DNA of 64,000 nucleotides from an uncultured bacterium (GCA_964434115.1 CAYSSX010000001.1:329459-393458), one strand, 5' to 3'; positions 54,301 to 61,293 are shown, counted from the stretch's first letter. Notes: generated by a model from the sequence alone, not told the origin. Numbers and translations: made by a program.

Positions 54301-57300
54301 CCTTTTCTCCGTGATCAGGGCAATTTCCCGCTCCAGCAGTTCACGCTCAGCGCGTTTCACGGCCCGCTCATCCGCGGATCCGCTTTCGTAAAGCGAGACG
54401 CTGATAAAAAGCCCCCTGCGGGCGCGGTCAAAAAGATTCAAAGCTGTCTCGTAGTGCCCAAGCACGGCTTCGCTCTGGGCTTCCCGGAAATCAAGCAGCC
54501 CTGTCTGCCGGAGCACCTGCGCCCGTGTCCAGTTTGTGATGGTGTCCGATGTTCCGGCGTCTTCAATAAGGTTGAGCTCATGAACCGCCTTGTCCAGCAC
54601 TTTACGCGCGGCCTCAGGTGTTTCGTGATCCCGGAGCCATATAGCCTGGCGGACGTAATTGGCAGCCAGCAGGTTCCCGAGATTCCTTTCGAGGATGGCC
54701 CGGCGGTGGATGTAAGCCGGCAGAATGGCACGGCCGCGGATTCTTTGCATAAGCCGGAAAGCCCTGTGAATTTTAAATTCCGCTTCCTCCAGAAGGGTCA
54801 GATCCGCGTCCGGCGTGTGCTGATCCCGCCGCGCGCGCTTCAGCAAACTAACGGCCTGGTTGAAATACCGCTGGTGAACCCCGTTGTTGTAGCGGATTTT
54901 TCCCGGTTTCGTTTCATTTCCAAACTCAAATTCGTCCTCTTCCTCCAATGAATCCGCCCTGAGTTCAGCCCTCACGGCTGCCGGAGGCTGCTTCGCGATC
55001 ACCATCAAACGCTGGTGCCCCAGCGACCAGCTGTAAGTGTATCCGGCCTCACGCCGCATGGCCAGAACCCTGCGGGTCAAGTCGCTGGCCAGCTCCGGAT
55101 TCTCAGAAGCATGAAGATAGGACCGCTCACCTGAGGCTTCTACGATCAGAGCGCTTTTTAAAATTCCCTTTTCAAGGCCTCTCTTAACATCCTCAAGAAG
55201 GACCTGCACTTTGTGATAGGTGTCCGCGGAATTCACGCGCTTTTCAGATTCCCATTTTTCCTGAGACTCCCGGGCCGCCGTACGGGCTGCCTCAAGTGTC
55301 TCCGCCCGTTCGAGAAACTTATCAGTGATTCTGCGCACCTGCTCTTTAAGCTGGGCGGCCGTGGGCGGGCGGCGGGTAATGGAAGTCATGGGCGGAGCTT
55401 CAAGGTCCGCATGGGTGAAGAAATCTTTGTAGACCTCCATAAAACTGACCGGCAAGTCGAGGTCTGTCCGGAGGCGCTCCATCAGGCCGAATTGCAAAAC
55501 ATGGGTCATTTCATGACCCCCGAAACCTCTGGAAAAGAAATTAAGCACGGCTGCGGCTGATGAAAAAGCAAAATAAAACAAAAATCCGAGGATCAGGTTA
55601 AAGAAGGCGCCTTCAAATGTCAGAGCGCCCCTTAACGCCGAGGGCGCGCTGCGATAAACGGCAGAAAAAAGCACCACTCCGGGAAGATAAAAATGAATCT
55701 TGTTTACGAAGATGAGCTGTTTCAGCTCTCCTTTTTCATCATCTAAAACAATCGCAGGAACCCCTGCCGCGACAAAGAGCAGGTTCAAAAGAGCATTTGC
55801 GCCAAGCATCACATGCCCGGGCAGGCCTTTGAAGTTTCCTCGAAAGAGATCTCGAAAGAAGCCTTTGAAATTGACAACCACATTGCCCCATTGCGCGCGG
55901 TAATACTTGCCCCTTGAAACATACGGCTCATCTTTTACGCGGATCCCGCTCTGCAAGGCAAATTTCTTCACAAAGGCGGTGTAAGAATTCTCAGCCTGGC
56001 TTTTAGCATCGGGGTCAAAAGGTTTCGAATCGATCAGGGCCGTCATCCGGGAACGAAAATCCAGAATCCCGGCAAGCACCGAGGCTTCGGCCGGGTTAAA
56101 ATCCTGGCTCCCGCCGCCTCGAAGGGCTTCAAAATCTAGAGAACCAAAGGGATTGAGCACCAGACGGGTCCGGGCATTCCCGTAGTAGAGATTGATACGG
56201 CCGAGCTGGGTTTCCATCATCGCTTCAACGCCCGGCATCAGCTCACTGTGTTCCCGGTAAAGCGCTTCCAATTCGCGCCTTACCCGCGAGCGCCACTCTG
56301 CCGAGGCTGTTGGATCAAAATCTTCGGAGTATTCCACCCTTAAAGCCCGGAGCCTCTCCAGGCGCTCGTCAGACAATCGGGCTTCTGCGTCTTGGATCGA
56401 ACGCTCCAGCAGAGCAAGGAGCGTGGGGATATTATCAATCCCTGAGACCAAAGGAATATTCTCCGGCAGCGCCTGAGCAAGAAAACTGTTGAAAATCGAA
56501 ACCAGCCCTTTGCCCCGGTCCCCCGGCAGAATGTCATAGCCCACGTCTGCCGCGAGCCGGCCGTCTTGATAAATAAGCCCGAAGCCGATATTCCCGGCAA
56601 TCCTCTCATCCCCGCTGTGAACAATCAAAAAATCAAGGCCGCTCCAGCGCAGCTGGTAACCGTCTTTTAAAATCAAGCCGTTCAGCGCTTCCAGAATCAC
56701 TTTGTGAAAATTGTGGATCCTGGCTGTTCTGAATTCCTCGTCTTGATACTCCACACCCGCCCCCAGCTGAAGTTCATTCCTTATCGTTTGAAACCGGAGG
56801 AGGGCCTGTTCCTGGGTGACCGGCGGAAGGGTCCTTAACTCGGAACGCAGCGCCGGACCGTGAAATATCGTCAGGCGGAGAGAAACCGGCCCCTGATAAT
56901 CCGGGCGGTTTCCAAAATTAAAATTCTGAGCGCTGTCCATAATTTCCTGAAGCTGCGCAGCCCCCTCGCCTCTTTCATAAACCTTTTGGGCTCCGATCCA
57001 GATGCTGATTACTTGGCTGGGAATGAGTTCCAAGGCATGAAGCGCGGTATTCACGAATTTCTCAACCGGAAACCGTTCCCCGGGTTCTGCGCGGAACAGC
57101 TCCGGGACATCGATCACGGTCCGTTTCACATCACCGCCCTCGTTTGTTGTTTCAAATTTGGGAGCCGGAATCATCTTCTCACGCATTTGCTGCCGCAGCA
57201 TATTGCGCTCATAGTTAATCAGAATGGAGCCCGCGCCCAGCACATAAAGCCCCGTAAACATCACCGCAGCCACGAAAGCCTGCGCCAAGGAAGGGCGCGG

Positions 57301-59496
57301 AACAGCCTGAGTATAGAAACCTGTCAAAAGCGCTAAGAAGAGCAGAGGTACGGAATACCCAAACATTTTCCAGGGCGTTTGAAGCGGTTCGTCGTACAAA
57401 ATCTCCTCCCGCTCCGGCTCCGGCAGCTCCGGTTCTTCACCGGTCCTGAGTTCGGCCCGGGGCGTTGAAAGCGGTTGAAAAGACTGGGCAAATCCCGCGG
57501 CGAGGAGACTTTTCGCGGCTTTCCCCTGCGTCCATACCGCGGGAACATCGTCGGACGGCGAAAAGGCCTTGGCCGCTTCCCAGTGAAGAACGCCGGAAAC
57601 CGGCAGCTTGGCAATCGATTCCGGCGTCAGACGGTTCTGCTCTTTCAGCCGGTAGAGCCGCTCAATAAATGAATCAAGGCGCTCATTCCAGCCGGCCTTA
57701 AGCTGCTTCTTTTCTCTTTCATTCAAAACATTCCAGAGCGCCGTGTCTAAAAAACGTGTGTATTGCCCGGCTTCTGCAAGACGGTTTTCCGCGGCCAGCC
57801 TGCGGATCACCTGGTCACGCCATTCCTTAAAAAGAACTTTGATGCGGCCAGGATCGTTGCCCAGGCTTTCCGCCAAACGTTCGATCACGGACTGTTGAAA
57901 GGCATCGTACACATTGACCCTCCCCTGTCTTTCCGAAAAAAACTGTTTCCAGGAAACATCCCCTTGCATATACGCGGCATAGAGATTGTTTTCAGGCAGG
58001 GCCGGCACCGCGGGCACGACCACGGCAAACGAAATTTTTTCCCGCGCGAGACGTTCCGACAAAGCCTCGGCATGAAAACCTCCGGCCGCCAAGAGCGCCG
58101 TGCGGGTCGAGCTTGTTTCCATCCTGGAAGCGAGCCGCTCAAGAAAAACAGTGTCTCTCTCGCCCGCGAGTTCATAAAAACGCTTCCACGGGTTTTCTTT
58201 TTCACGGAAAGCGCCAAGAAATGTTTTGAGCTCCTCCGCGAGCTCTGTTTCGCGCGCTGAAAGATTTTCCGGCGGATTTAAACTTTCCGGATTTTCAAGA
58301 ACCGACTGCACGGTTCTCCACCCGTTAGGACTGAGCTCAAGCCTCAGCCATTCCGAAAGGGTCCGGACCGTTTCAAAAAGTTTCAGAAGGTAAAGAGCCG
58401 CGGGGTTTCCCTTGCTCAGAATTTGAAACGCGTCTTTGAGAAGCGCTTCATACTCCTGGATAAACTCGCCCCCCTGAAGGTTCCGCAGTTTCTGTTCAGA
58501 CTCAAATGCCTTTTGAAGAGCCTCTGAAACACTCGCCTTGAGGCCCAAGTCATGGGCCGCGGCCGCGAGTTCGCGCGCGTAAGCGGGCGCGGACAAAGTT
58601 TCCGTTTCATAGGCCTGCCTTGAGGCGGCCAAAGAAGGCGGCAAAGACGCGCCCGGGACAGCCGCGACCGCCTGTTCAAGGCGGGCAATCTCGGCGCGGA
58701 TTTCCCCGGCATGAGAACGGCTTTTTCCCAGCTCATCCAGCAGAAGCGCCGCGTGCGGGTAACGTTTTGAAATCCCTTGCTGGAAATCTGCCGGCAGAAC
58801 TTCCTTTAATAATGTCAGGGTGCTTTCAAGGCGATTCTTGTTTTGGGAATCCACGTACACGGCAGAAACAAGTTTTTTTAATTCAGGAGAGAAATACGGT
58901 TTCGCGGCCAAGGCAATCTGTCTTTTAATTTCCGCCAGCCGGCTTTCCGGCGTTTTCCTCAATGAGGCGGCTTCCAGAAAAGCATCCACCGAGGCTTCGT
59001 AAAGCCCTTCCTCTTCAAGCCCTTCGTAACGGACGTTTTCTTCCGTGAAAAGAGAGGCGGCCGCGGGCCCCGAAATTTCCCCGGCATCAAGGTAAGACTT
59101 TAGAATTCCGCGCAGTCCTTTTTTATCCGGATACTGCTGGAGCAAAAGAGAATCCAGGGACCCGGAAACACCTTCCAAGGCCGTGAGCTGAAGACCGTGT
59201 TTCGCGGCCAGCGACTCGACAAGACGAGCCATGGAATACTGAGCTTCAGGAACCGCGTGGGCGTCTTTGAGAAGAATGATGAAGCGGCGTGAGTCGGGAA
59301 AAATCTGTTTCTGTTCAAGTGTCCCCTCTTCGGGAGACACAGCAAAGGTTTCAGGGGTCAAGGCCTGGGGTAGAGCTTCACCGGCAAAGGCCTGCCGTAC
59401 CGGGAGACGCGGAAAATCCGGAAAGCCCATTACCGCGCAGGTCACCGATAGGTAAAAAGCGAGCCCGCGCTCCCAGGTTGTGGCAGCTTGTCTCAT
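47491..59496 (-). CDS. Giant modular protein 2 (4001 aa): conserved N-module, TM hairpins, 2×GNAT, HExxH TM block, HEAT-like repeats, HATPase_c, internal Tat-signal module, Nudix, conserved C-module
   Basis: A 12,006-nt uninterrupted ORF with eight R-[SA]-E-L-R boundary motifs. Its N- and C-termini are homologous to those of the 9361..29811 giant. Confidence 0.85.
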   Translation of the reverse strand: MRQAATTWERGLAFYLSVTCAVMGFPDFPRLPVRQAFAGEALPQALTPETFAVSPEEGTLEQKQIFPDSRRFIILLKDAHAVPEAQYSMARLVESLAAKHGLQLTALEGVSGSLDSLLLQQYPDKKGLRGILKSYLDAGEISGPAAASLFTEENVRYEGLEEEGLYEASVDAFLEAASLRKTPESRLAEIKRQIALAAKPYFSPELKKLVSAVYVDSQNKNRLESTLTLLKEVLPADFQQGISKRYPHAALLLDELGKSRSHAGEIRAEIARLEQAVAAVPGASLPPSLAASRQAYETETLSAPAYARELAAAAHDLGLKASVSEALQKAFESEQKLRNLQGGEFIQEYEALLKDAFQILSKGNPAALYLLKLFETVRTLSEWLRLELSPNGWRTVQSVLENPESLNPPENLSARETELAEELKTFLGAFREKENPWKRFYELAGERDTVFLERLASRMETSSTRTALLAAGGFHAEALSERLAREKISFAVVVPAVPALPENNLYAAYMQGDVSWKQFFSERQGRVNVYDAFQQSVIERLAESLGNDPGRIKVLFKEWRDQVIRRLAAENRLAEAGQYTRFLDTALWNVLNEREKKQLKAGWNERLDSFIERLYRLKEQNRLTPESIAKLPVSGVLHWEAAKAFSPSDDVPAVWTQGKAAKSLLAAGFAQSFQPLSTPRAELRTGEEPELPEPEREEILYDEPLQTPWKMFGYSVPLLFLALLTGFYTQAVPRPSLAQAFVAAVMFTGLYVLGAGSILINYERNMLRQQMREKMIPAPKFETTNEGGDVKRTVIDVPELFRAEPGERFPVEKFVNTALHALELIPSQVISIWIGAQKVYERGEGAAQLQEIMDSAQNFNFGNRPDYQGPVSLRLTIFHGPALRSELRTLPPVTQEQALLRFQTIRNELQLGAGVEYQDEEFRTARIHNFHKVILEALNGLILKDGYQLRWSGLDFLIVHSGDERIAGNIGFGLIYQDGRLAADVGYDILPGDRGKGLVSIFNSFLAQALPENIPLVSGIDNIPTLLALLERSIQDAEARLSDERLERLRALRVEYSEDFDPTASAEWRSRVRRELEALYREHSELMPGVEAMMETQLGRINLYYGNARTRLVLNPFGSLDFEALRGGGSQDFNPAEASVLAGILDFRSRMTALIDSKPFDPDAKSQAENSYTAFVKKFALQSGIRVKDEPYVSRGKYYRAQWGNVVVNFKGFFRDLFRGNFKGLPGHVMLGANALLNLLFVAAGVPAIVLDDEKGELKQLIFVNKIHFYLPGVVLFSAVYRSAPSALRGALTFEGAFFNLILGFLFYFAFSSAAAVLNFFSRGFGGHEMTHVLQFGLMERLRTDLDLPVSFMEVYKDFFTHADLEAPPMTSITRRPPTAAQLKEQVRRITDKFLERAETLEAARTAARESQEKWESEKRVNSADTYHKVQVLLEDVKRGLEKGILKSALIVEASGERSYLHASENPELASDLTRRVLAMRREAGYTYSWSLGHQRLMVIAKQPPAAVRAELRADSLEEEDEFEFGNETKPGKIRYNNGVHQRYFNQAVSLLKRARRDQHTPDADLTLLEEAEFKIHRAFRLMQRIRGRAILPAYIHRRAILERNLGNLLAANYVRQAIWLRDHETPEAARKVLDKAVHELNLIEDAGTSDTITNWTRAQVLRQTGLLDFREAQSEAVLGHYETALNLFDRARRGLFISVSLYESGSADERAVKRAERELLEREIALITEKREEARLALRRTVRGSGVEFRLMGSDFTQDEPFFLAGLRAPYPVLGRAEKSDLFSDWAFFDRYADPDGSIRWDIENDVFIAYLGGQPAAAWAFQADTHNLSLQGNGLYVNPALRGSGLGIVLARRLFQMLKNQGFKTFQIGPVNNRGEWGIDKTPEAQAFHRSLIRRLGKNGVRSLVRYPDGQIQGMTVDLQRMQFSSDTRASGLQVFPRDETPKPRSELRSEQDRNQHLIELARKAAEEGDDITDPEIVRRVSALNDAVSQDEEVFDHLTIYETFVPKNIKEGPMVRDLDDWQMSDGPRVERSLVRLMDRIGFVLSGENPLKLHHTLFEVVIFGLIHPSEKVRYAAIRTLAEFPAAERAEALPVLREIARKDEVPALILMGLIKVFEKEGDLASLSEILRQPGTIQVARSAVRAIGGLAANQEALDRLISLIFNQNADPKVVETALNALARGAGFDVASMILTAFILGNYGTLTAQAEKAFAKDLAFRIDEELEIRDPDSAQAAPLEALVRIEGELPSGQILHELGNIMSLLELVDSTIDPLNASKVEEVMGTDFYKPYASLKSRYSSARSMNPGPAKEAVVLKLLQDLRDFFAADKIQVEAERIRKSSHPKAEKAADQLVTQSAWVYQFTAQPLGLEVEALKMLRPLTLLRDAVSGFESTGEAVVEGETTRSFVFIRTYPLELYRALRNLVINAAHATEDNPPERPRRITLKMESLDSEESQFALRITVRDNGTGIPEDVLPRIFEPLFTTKGSRGSGLGLALTKESIENSLGGKISVETKTGEGTVFTIDLPSEAPVRSELRAEREDFSYVTLDDQWQDAMEHVLRDRDRFLKVQVMRPGLLTGLALSAGLSLTAVSMIVQGFEFYSAAVLVLLVMGLFQYSAQVVTSVREMREVRERIARTLEKTGRRWNTLLNAVVPYQSLPREFIAAWYEESEVPQEKIETLLAYLRLLERLDEEETYDSNPAHPGDILEFLDWRIQTERRDRASVLRSLEILQGLMSHGVLNESGLLQQKTVNDLHAHFSAAGRRLEETRSRILRNPDWVLGKVFPHRSELRSQGQDPTRRDFIRWVSATATGLSALTGMTGPAAAQQKKAPADQPRQIKLPVNPFLRRMTLRPVYRDTQISLLSMRSPVGMPYNQGEAPRNPVGTWLRSADIGFMWSADLLAALSHSNFPIGDRGALSDPKKVTERITKSLEMFEKMVDQFGLRINGVNTGLLPETLVYEKEGAAKPFKTELMKIPGKEGQTGVAYAAYDMALTHVRLKLLAEVFKGGYVRGLKDETIVKKAEALLAKADYRGFLDKEGRLRSQVFVNPADKSLTLNESFIDNRHTEARDFFLMPEVLGDPEKDFKTRRAQGLEVLKKLRHEWVEAAGTAGDVPIGNGDANLSAWTEYEGLQFLDPAKVSPAVLAVSSKNYFQAARAVAKKGAHVAAVSAPGSGEKADSYAVYGLKDASVLVAAGPFLALLSDVPESVDNAEAFVRAVTKRNGYRELWGLGDSYNPKTGAPYHEKRIYMNQGLILEALGAPFLRAVVAEWEDYPDIAAEFQAFDRRYAAVNRKDLDLLAAFTGIAMFTNLEKAPDNMEKKNTDGSIQIAFSLDNKNRFSGFTGNFKAADAEAFKSLRIAFSKESVLPDKFEIELSDDSPAGKVLGTLEVSAPKPGEALVLDLSSLPLKGVKTAKIALVFEIEKAGKTPKGVFTITELALSPNAVVRPKGKGGGPVPKRGNSRRLSVSNIAAGGTLSQASRAELRALPDHPETETLDRSFHQLYTHADEILQYVDPATGEFLTAVGQSKLKAHQEGEWHAVTQVYVFDKNGKLFLQERSMNKDMSPGKLQVSAGGHVNLGESRIQAAIRETEEEIRLKIKPEKLLLLSPPNGFPRESFQGGLVNREWVTIYAYILDDEEKASLAINLDEISRGFFFSMPFFETLTQDYHGLLSGSLKLLVDEHREIYEALKKQSEQAKARSELRLSGGDTGAEALQDVVRTVLEDLALGRNLRREAAAVLAEKAQRQMPAVESALREQGQDPHYASLLSAGSEPRRAAAEDVQEVHPDYDTAQTAFYQELLAGFERDVRKALSADTSKKLVFAFGYRLPRSEKARAGLLNYLRTLGALRDAFPSQLTAKVKVMVLEHEMEDPAVKDFFQEAGSLGVATPVEMNEAVLSASLAGYLHEFGSALVYGLPDAELLSDFSGRAVLSEVEAGEELPVVILLSRMLAEDGKTRITAERLKKLSEFLPGILQMQGSRLRITRLVLEIAFKFSANRLIQSAA
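48409..49049 (-). other. Nudix hydrolase module in giant protein 2, bounded on both sides by the linker motif (RAELR 49050..49064; RSELR 48394..48408)
   Basis: Nudix box GGHVNLGESRIQAAIRETEEEIRL (48718..48787) fits Gx5Ex7REUxEExGU. Confidence 0.8.
51010..51111 (-). other. Internal twin-arginine (Tat) signal-peptide-like sequence in giant protein 2, directly after an RSELR boundary
   Basis: ...HRSELRSQGQDP-TRRDFIR-WVSATATGLSALTGMTGPAAA-QQKK. The n-region holds the consensus S/T-R-R-x-F-[LI]-[KR]. A weakly hydrophobic Gly/Ser/Thr-rich h-region and an AxA cleavage motif follow. Confidence 0.6.
51908..52250 (-). other. Histidine-kinase-like ATPase (HATPase_c, GHKL) domain in giant protein 2, no recognisable H-box upstream
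   Basis: N-box LRNLVINAAHA, G1 DNGTGIPEDVLPRIFEPLFTTK, G2 GSGLGLALTKESIE and GTVFTIDLP. RSELR follows immediately (51893..51907). Confidence 0.7.
53700..54200 (-). other. GNAT acetyltransferase domain 2 in giant protein 2
   Basis: IRWDIENDVFIAYLGGQPAAAWAF...GLYVNPALRGSGLGIVLARRLFQMLKNQGFKTFQ carries the V.P..RG.G.G..L CoA-binding motif of GNATs. Confidence 0.6.
55501..55830 (-). other. Polytopic TM block (about 4 helices) ending in an HExxH motif (GGHEMTH, 55501..55518)
   Basis: Hydrophobic helices GHVMLGANALLNLLFVAAGVPAIVL, IHFYLPGVVLFSAVY and AFFNLILGFLFYFAFSSAAAVLNFF, followed by SRGFGGHEMTHVLQFGLME. The motif is only possibly a zincin-type site. Confidence 0.35.
56400..56830 (-). other. 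GNAT-like acetyltransferase domain 1 in giant protein 2
   Basis: FLIVHSGDERIAGNIGFGLIYQDGRLAADVGYDILPGDRGKGLVSIFNSFLAQA resembles the GNAT motif A/B region. This is a weak by-eye call. Confidence 0.35.
57461..59496 (-). other. Conserved N-terminal module of giant protein 2 (~679 aa)
   Basis: Paralogous to 27817..29811 (alignments given under that feature). It is preceded by the hydrophobic segment GLAFYLSVTCAVMGF and ends at RAELR (57446..57460). Confidence 0.8.
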
Positions 59497-59654
59497 AGAC
59501 CTTTAAGAATACTTTATGAAATCAGGGGTTTCAAATTCAGCGTTAAGACGGTATTCGGATGATCAGGAATGACAAAGAATGATCAAACAGAGGGCGGCCG
59601 GGATGGGGTGCTAAAAAACAGAAGCGGCACCAGGCCTCAGCTCAGGAGCAGGGA

Positions 59655-60074
59655 TCAGCGTGATTGGCTGCTGTCTGAAAGCGCGGAACTCCGGAAAAGC
59701 TCGGGAGCAAACCCGTGAGATTTTTCAATTTTGGAGGAAAATTTCTCAAGCTCTTTTTCATTGTCCGCGTAAGCCGTTTCCAGTTCCTTGATCTGTAAAT
59801 CCAGAGTTTCACGGTCGGGCTTTTGCTTTTTGGCTTCTGCGGCCGCGGCCGCAGTCTCTTCCGCCAAAGCGTCCCGTTCTTTTTTAAGGCGTTCAAGTTC
59901 CAGCTTTTGGTCTTCCATGGTGCGGGTCAAAACATTGATCTGATCCGTAAAACTCTCCAGCTCATCCAAACGCACTTCCCGGGCCCGGGGTTCCTCAGCT
60001 TGAACAGCACTTCCCTGACCGGCCATCACAACCACAGAGAAAATGAATCCCGCTAAAACTTTTTGAGTGTTCAT
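59655..60074 (-). CDS. Secreted coiled-coil protein, hypothetical
   Basis: Signal peptide MNTQKVLAGFIFSVVVMAGQGSAVQA, then heptad-like charged repeats. Confidence 0.5.
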   Translation of the reverse strand: MNTQKVLAGFIFSVVVMAGQGSAVQAEEPRAREVRLDELESFTDQINVLTRTMEDQKLELERLKKERDALAEETAAAAAEAKKQKPDRETLDLQIKELETAYADNEKELEKFSSKIEKSHGFAPELFRSSALSDSSQSR

Positions 60075-60112
60075 ACCGTCCCCCTCGGATTAAAACCGGT
60101 TCAAAAAATAAG

Positions 60113-60150
60113 CGTCTAAATGAAGAAGGCGAGGGCTTTTGCCCTCGCCT
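60113..60150 (-). terminator. Candidate rho-independent terminator downstream of the inositol-phosphate synthase gene
   Basis: Hairpin GAAGGCGAGGG-CTTTTG-CCCTCGCCTTC. The T-tract is modest. Confidence 0.45.
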
Positions 60151-60180
60151 TCTTAAAATCAAATCAGGACTTCCGTCCCA

Positions 60181-61293
60181 TTAACCGACAGCGACCTGAG
60201 TTCCGCTTTCAATGAACTTCTGCGTCATCTCATGCGCCACATCGTCCGGGAACTGCTTCGGAGGATGCTTCTTAAAATACGCTGACGGACCCCAGAGGAT
60301 TCCGCCTTCACCGCGTTCCAGCGCAAGCTTGCAGCAACGGATGGAATCAATCGCAACACCGGCTGAGTTCGGAGAGTCTTCCACCGAAAGACGCAGTTCA
60401 ATATTCATGGGAACATCCCCGAAAAGCTTGCCTTCCATACGAAGGAAACAGACTTTGTTGTCCTTCTGCCAGGGAACGTAATCGCTCGGACCGATGTGGA
60501 TATTTTCCGGGTCCATACGTTCTGCCGCAACCGACTGAACAGCTTCGGTCTTGGAGATTTTTTTGGATTCCAGACGCGCGCGGTTCAACATGTTAAGGAA
60601 ATCCGTGTTGCCGCCCGTATTGATCTGGTAGGTACGTTCGAGTTTCACGCCGCGCTTGTGGAAAAGATCTGTCAGCACGCGGTGAGTGATCGTGGCGCCG
60701 ACCTGGGCCTTGATGTCGTCACCGATGATCGGCAGGTTCTTTTCCTTGAAACGGGCAGCCCACTGGGGGTTGCTTGCGATGAAAACCGGAATGCAATTGA
60801 TGAAGCCAAGATTGGCTTCAAGCGCGCATTCGGCATAAAATTTGGCGGCATTTTCAGAACCGACAGGAAGGTAGTTGAGCATGATTTCCGCGCCGGATTC
60901 TTTCAGGGCGCGAACCACGTCGTCCTTGCTGGCTTCGGGAGTGTTTGCAACCACGAAGGTGTATTTGTCTTCGTAATTTTTCATGTGTTCGGAAACGCCG
61001 TCCAGGATTTTTCCCATGCGGACTTTCACGCCGGTCTTGGGAAGGTCCTTGCAGAAGACCGCGGTGTTATTCGGAAGTTCAAAAATGGCTTCATTGACAT
61101 CTTTACCGACCTTGCGTGCATCCACGTCAAAAGCCGCAACCACTTCAATATCGAACGGCTTGTAGCCGCCGATTTCCCAATTCATAAGACCAATCGCGTC
61201 CTTCTCGGTCTTATCCTTATAATAGTAGAGCCCCTGTACAAGTGAGCTGGCGCAATTGCCGACACCGACAATAGCGATTTTGATTTTCGACAT
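60181..61293 (-). CDS. myo-Inositol-1-phosphate (inositol-3-phosphate) synthase, short archaeal/bacterial type
   Basis: N-terminal Rossmann IAIVGVGNCASSLVQG. The length and the conserved blocks NTGGNTDF and SKK.SKTEAV fit the ~370-aa MIPS family. Confidence 0.8.
   Translation of the reverse strand: MSKIKIAIVGVGNCASSLVQGLYYYKDKTEKDAIGLMNWEIGGYKPFDIEVVAAFDVDARKVGKDVNEAIFELPNNTAVFCKDLPKTGVKVRMGKILDGVSEHMKNYEDKYTFVVANTPEASKDDVVRALKESGAEIMLNYLPVGSENAAKFYAECALEANLGFINCIPVFIASNPQWAARFKEKNLPIIGDDIKAQVGATITHRVLTDLFHKRGVKLERTYQINTGGNTDFLNMLNRARLESKKISKTEAVQSVAAERMDPENIHIGPSDYVPWQKDNKVCFLRMEGKLFGDVPMNIELRLSVEDSPNSAGVAIDSIRCCKLALERGEGGILWGPSAYFKKHPPKQFPDDVAHEMTQKFIESGTQVAVG

Noticed and set aside
55501-55518. 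HEMTH as a definite zinc-metalloprotease active site
   Set aside because: HExxH alone is frequent by chance in a 4001-aa protein. Without the third ligand or a Met-turn context I can only flag it, so it is kept as a low-confidence note rather than a call.
9361-59496. Possibility that the 20.4-kb and 12-kb ORFs are assembly chimeras or fused pseudogenes
   Set aside because: Both are uninterrupted by stops over 12–20 kb in a GC-rich background, which is vanishingly unlikely by chance. Both contain multiple bona fide domain signatures in the same frame and share ordered terminal modules. Only the copy number of the triplicated module (10204..13755) needs long-read confirmation.
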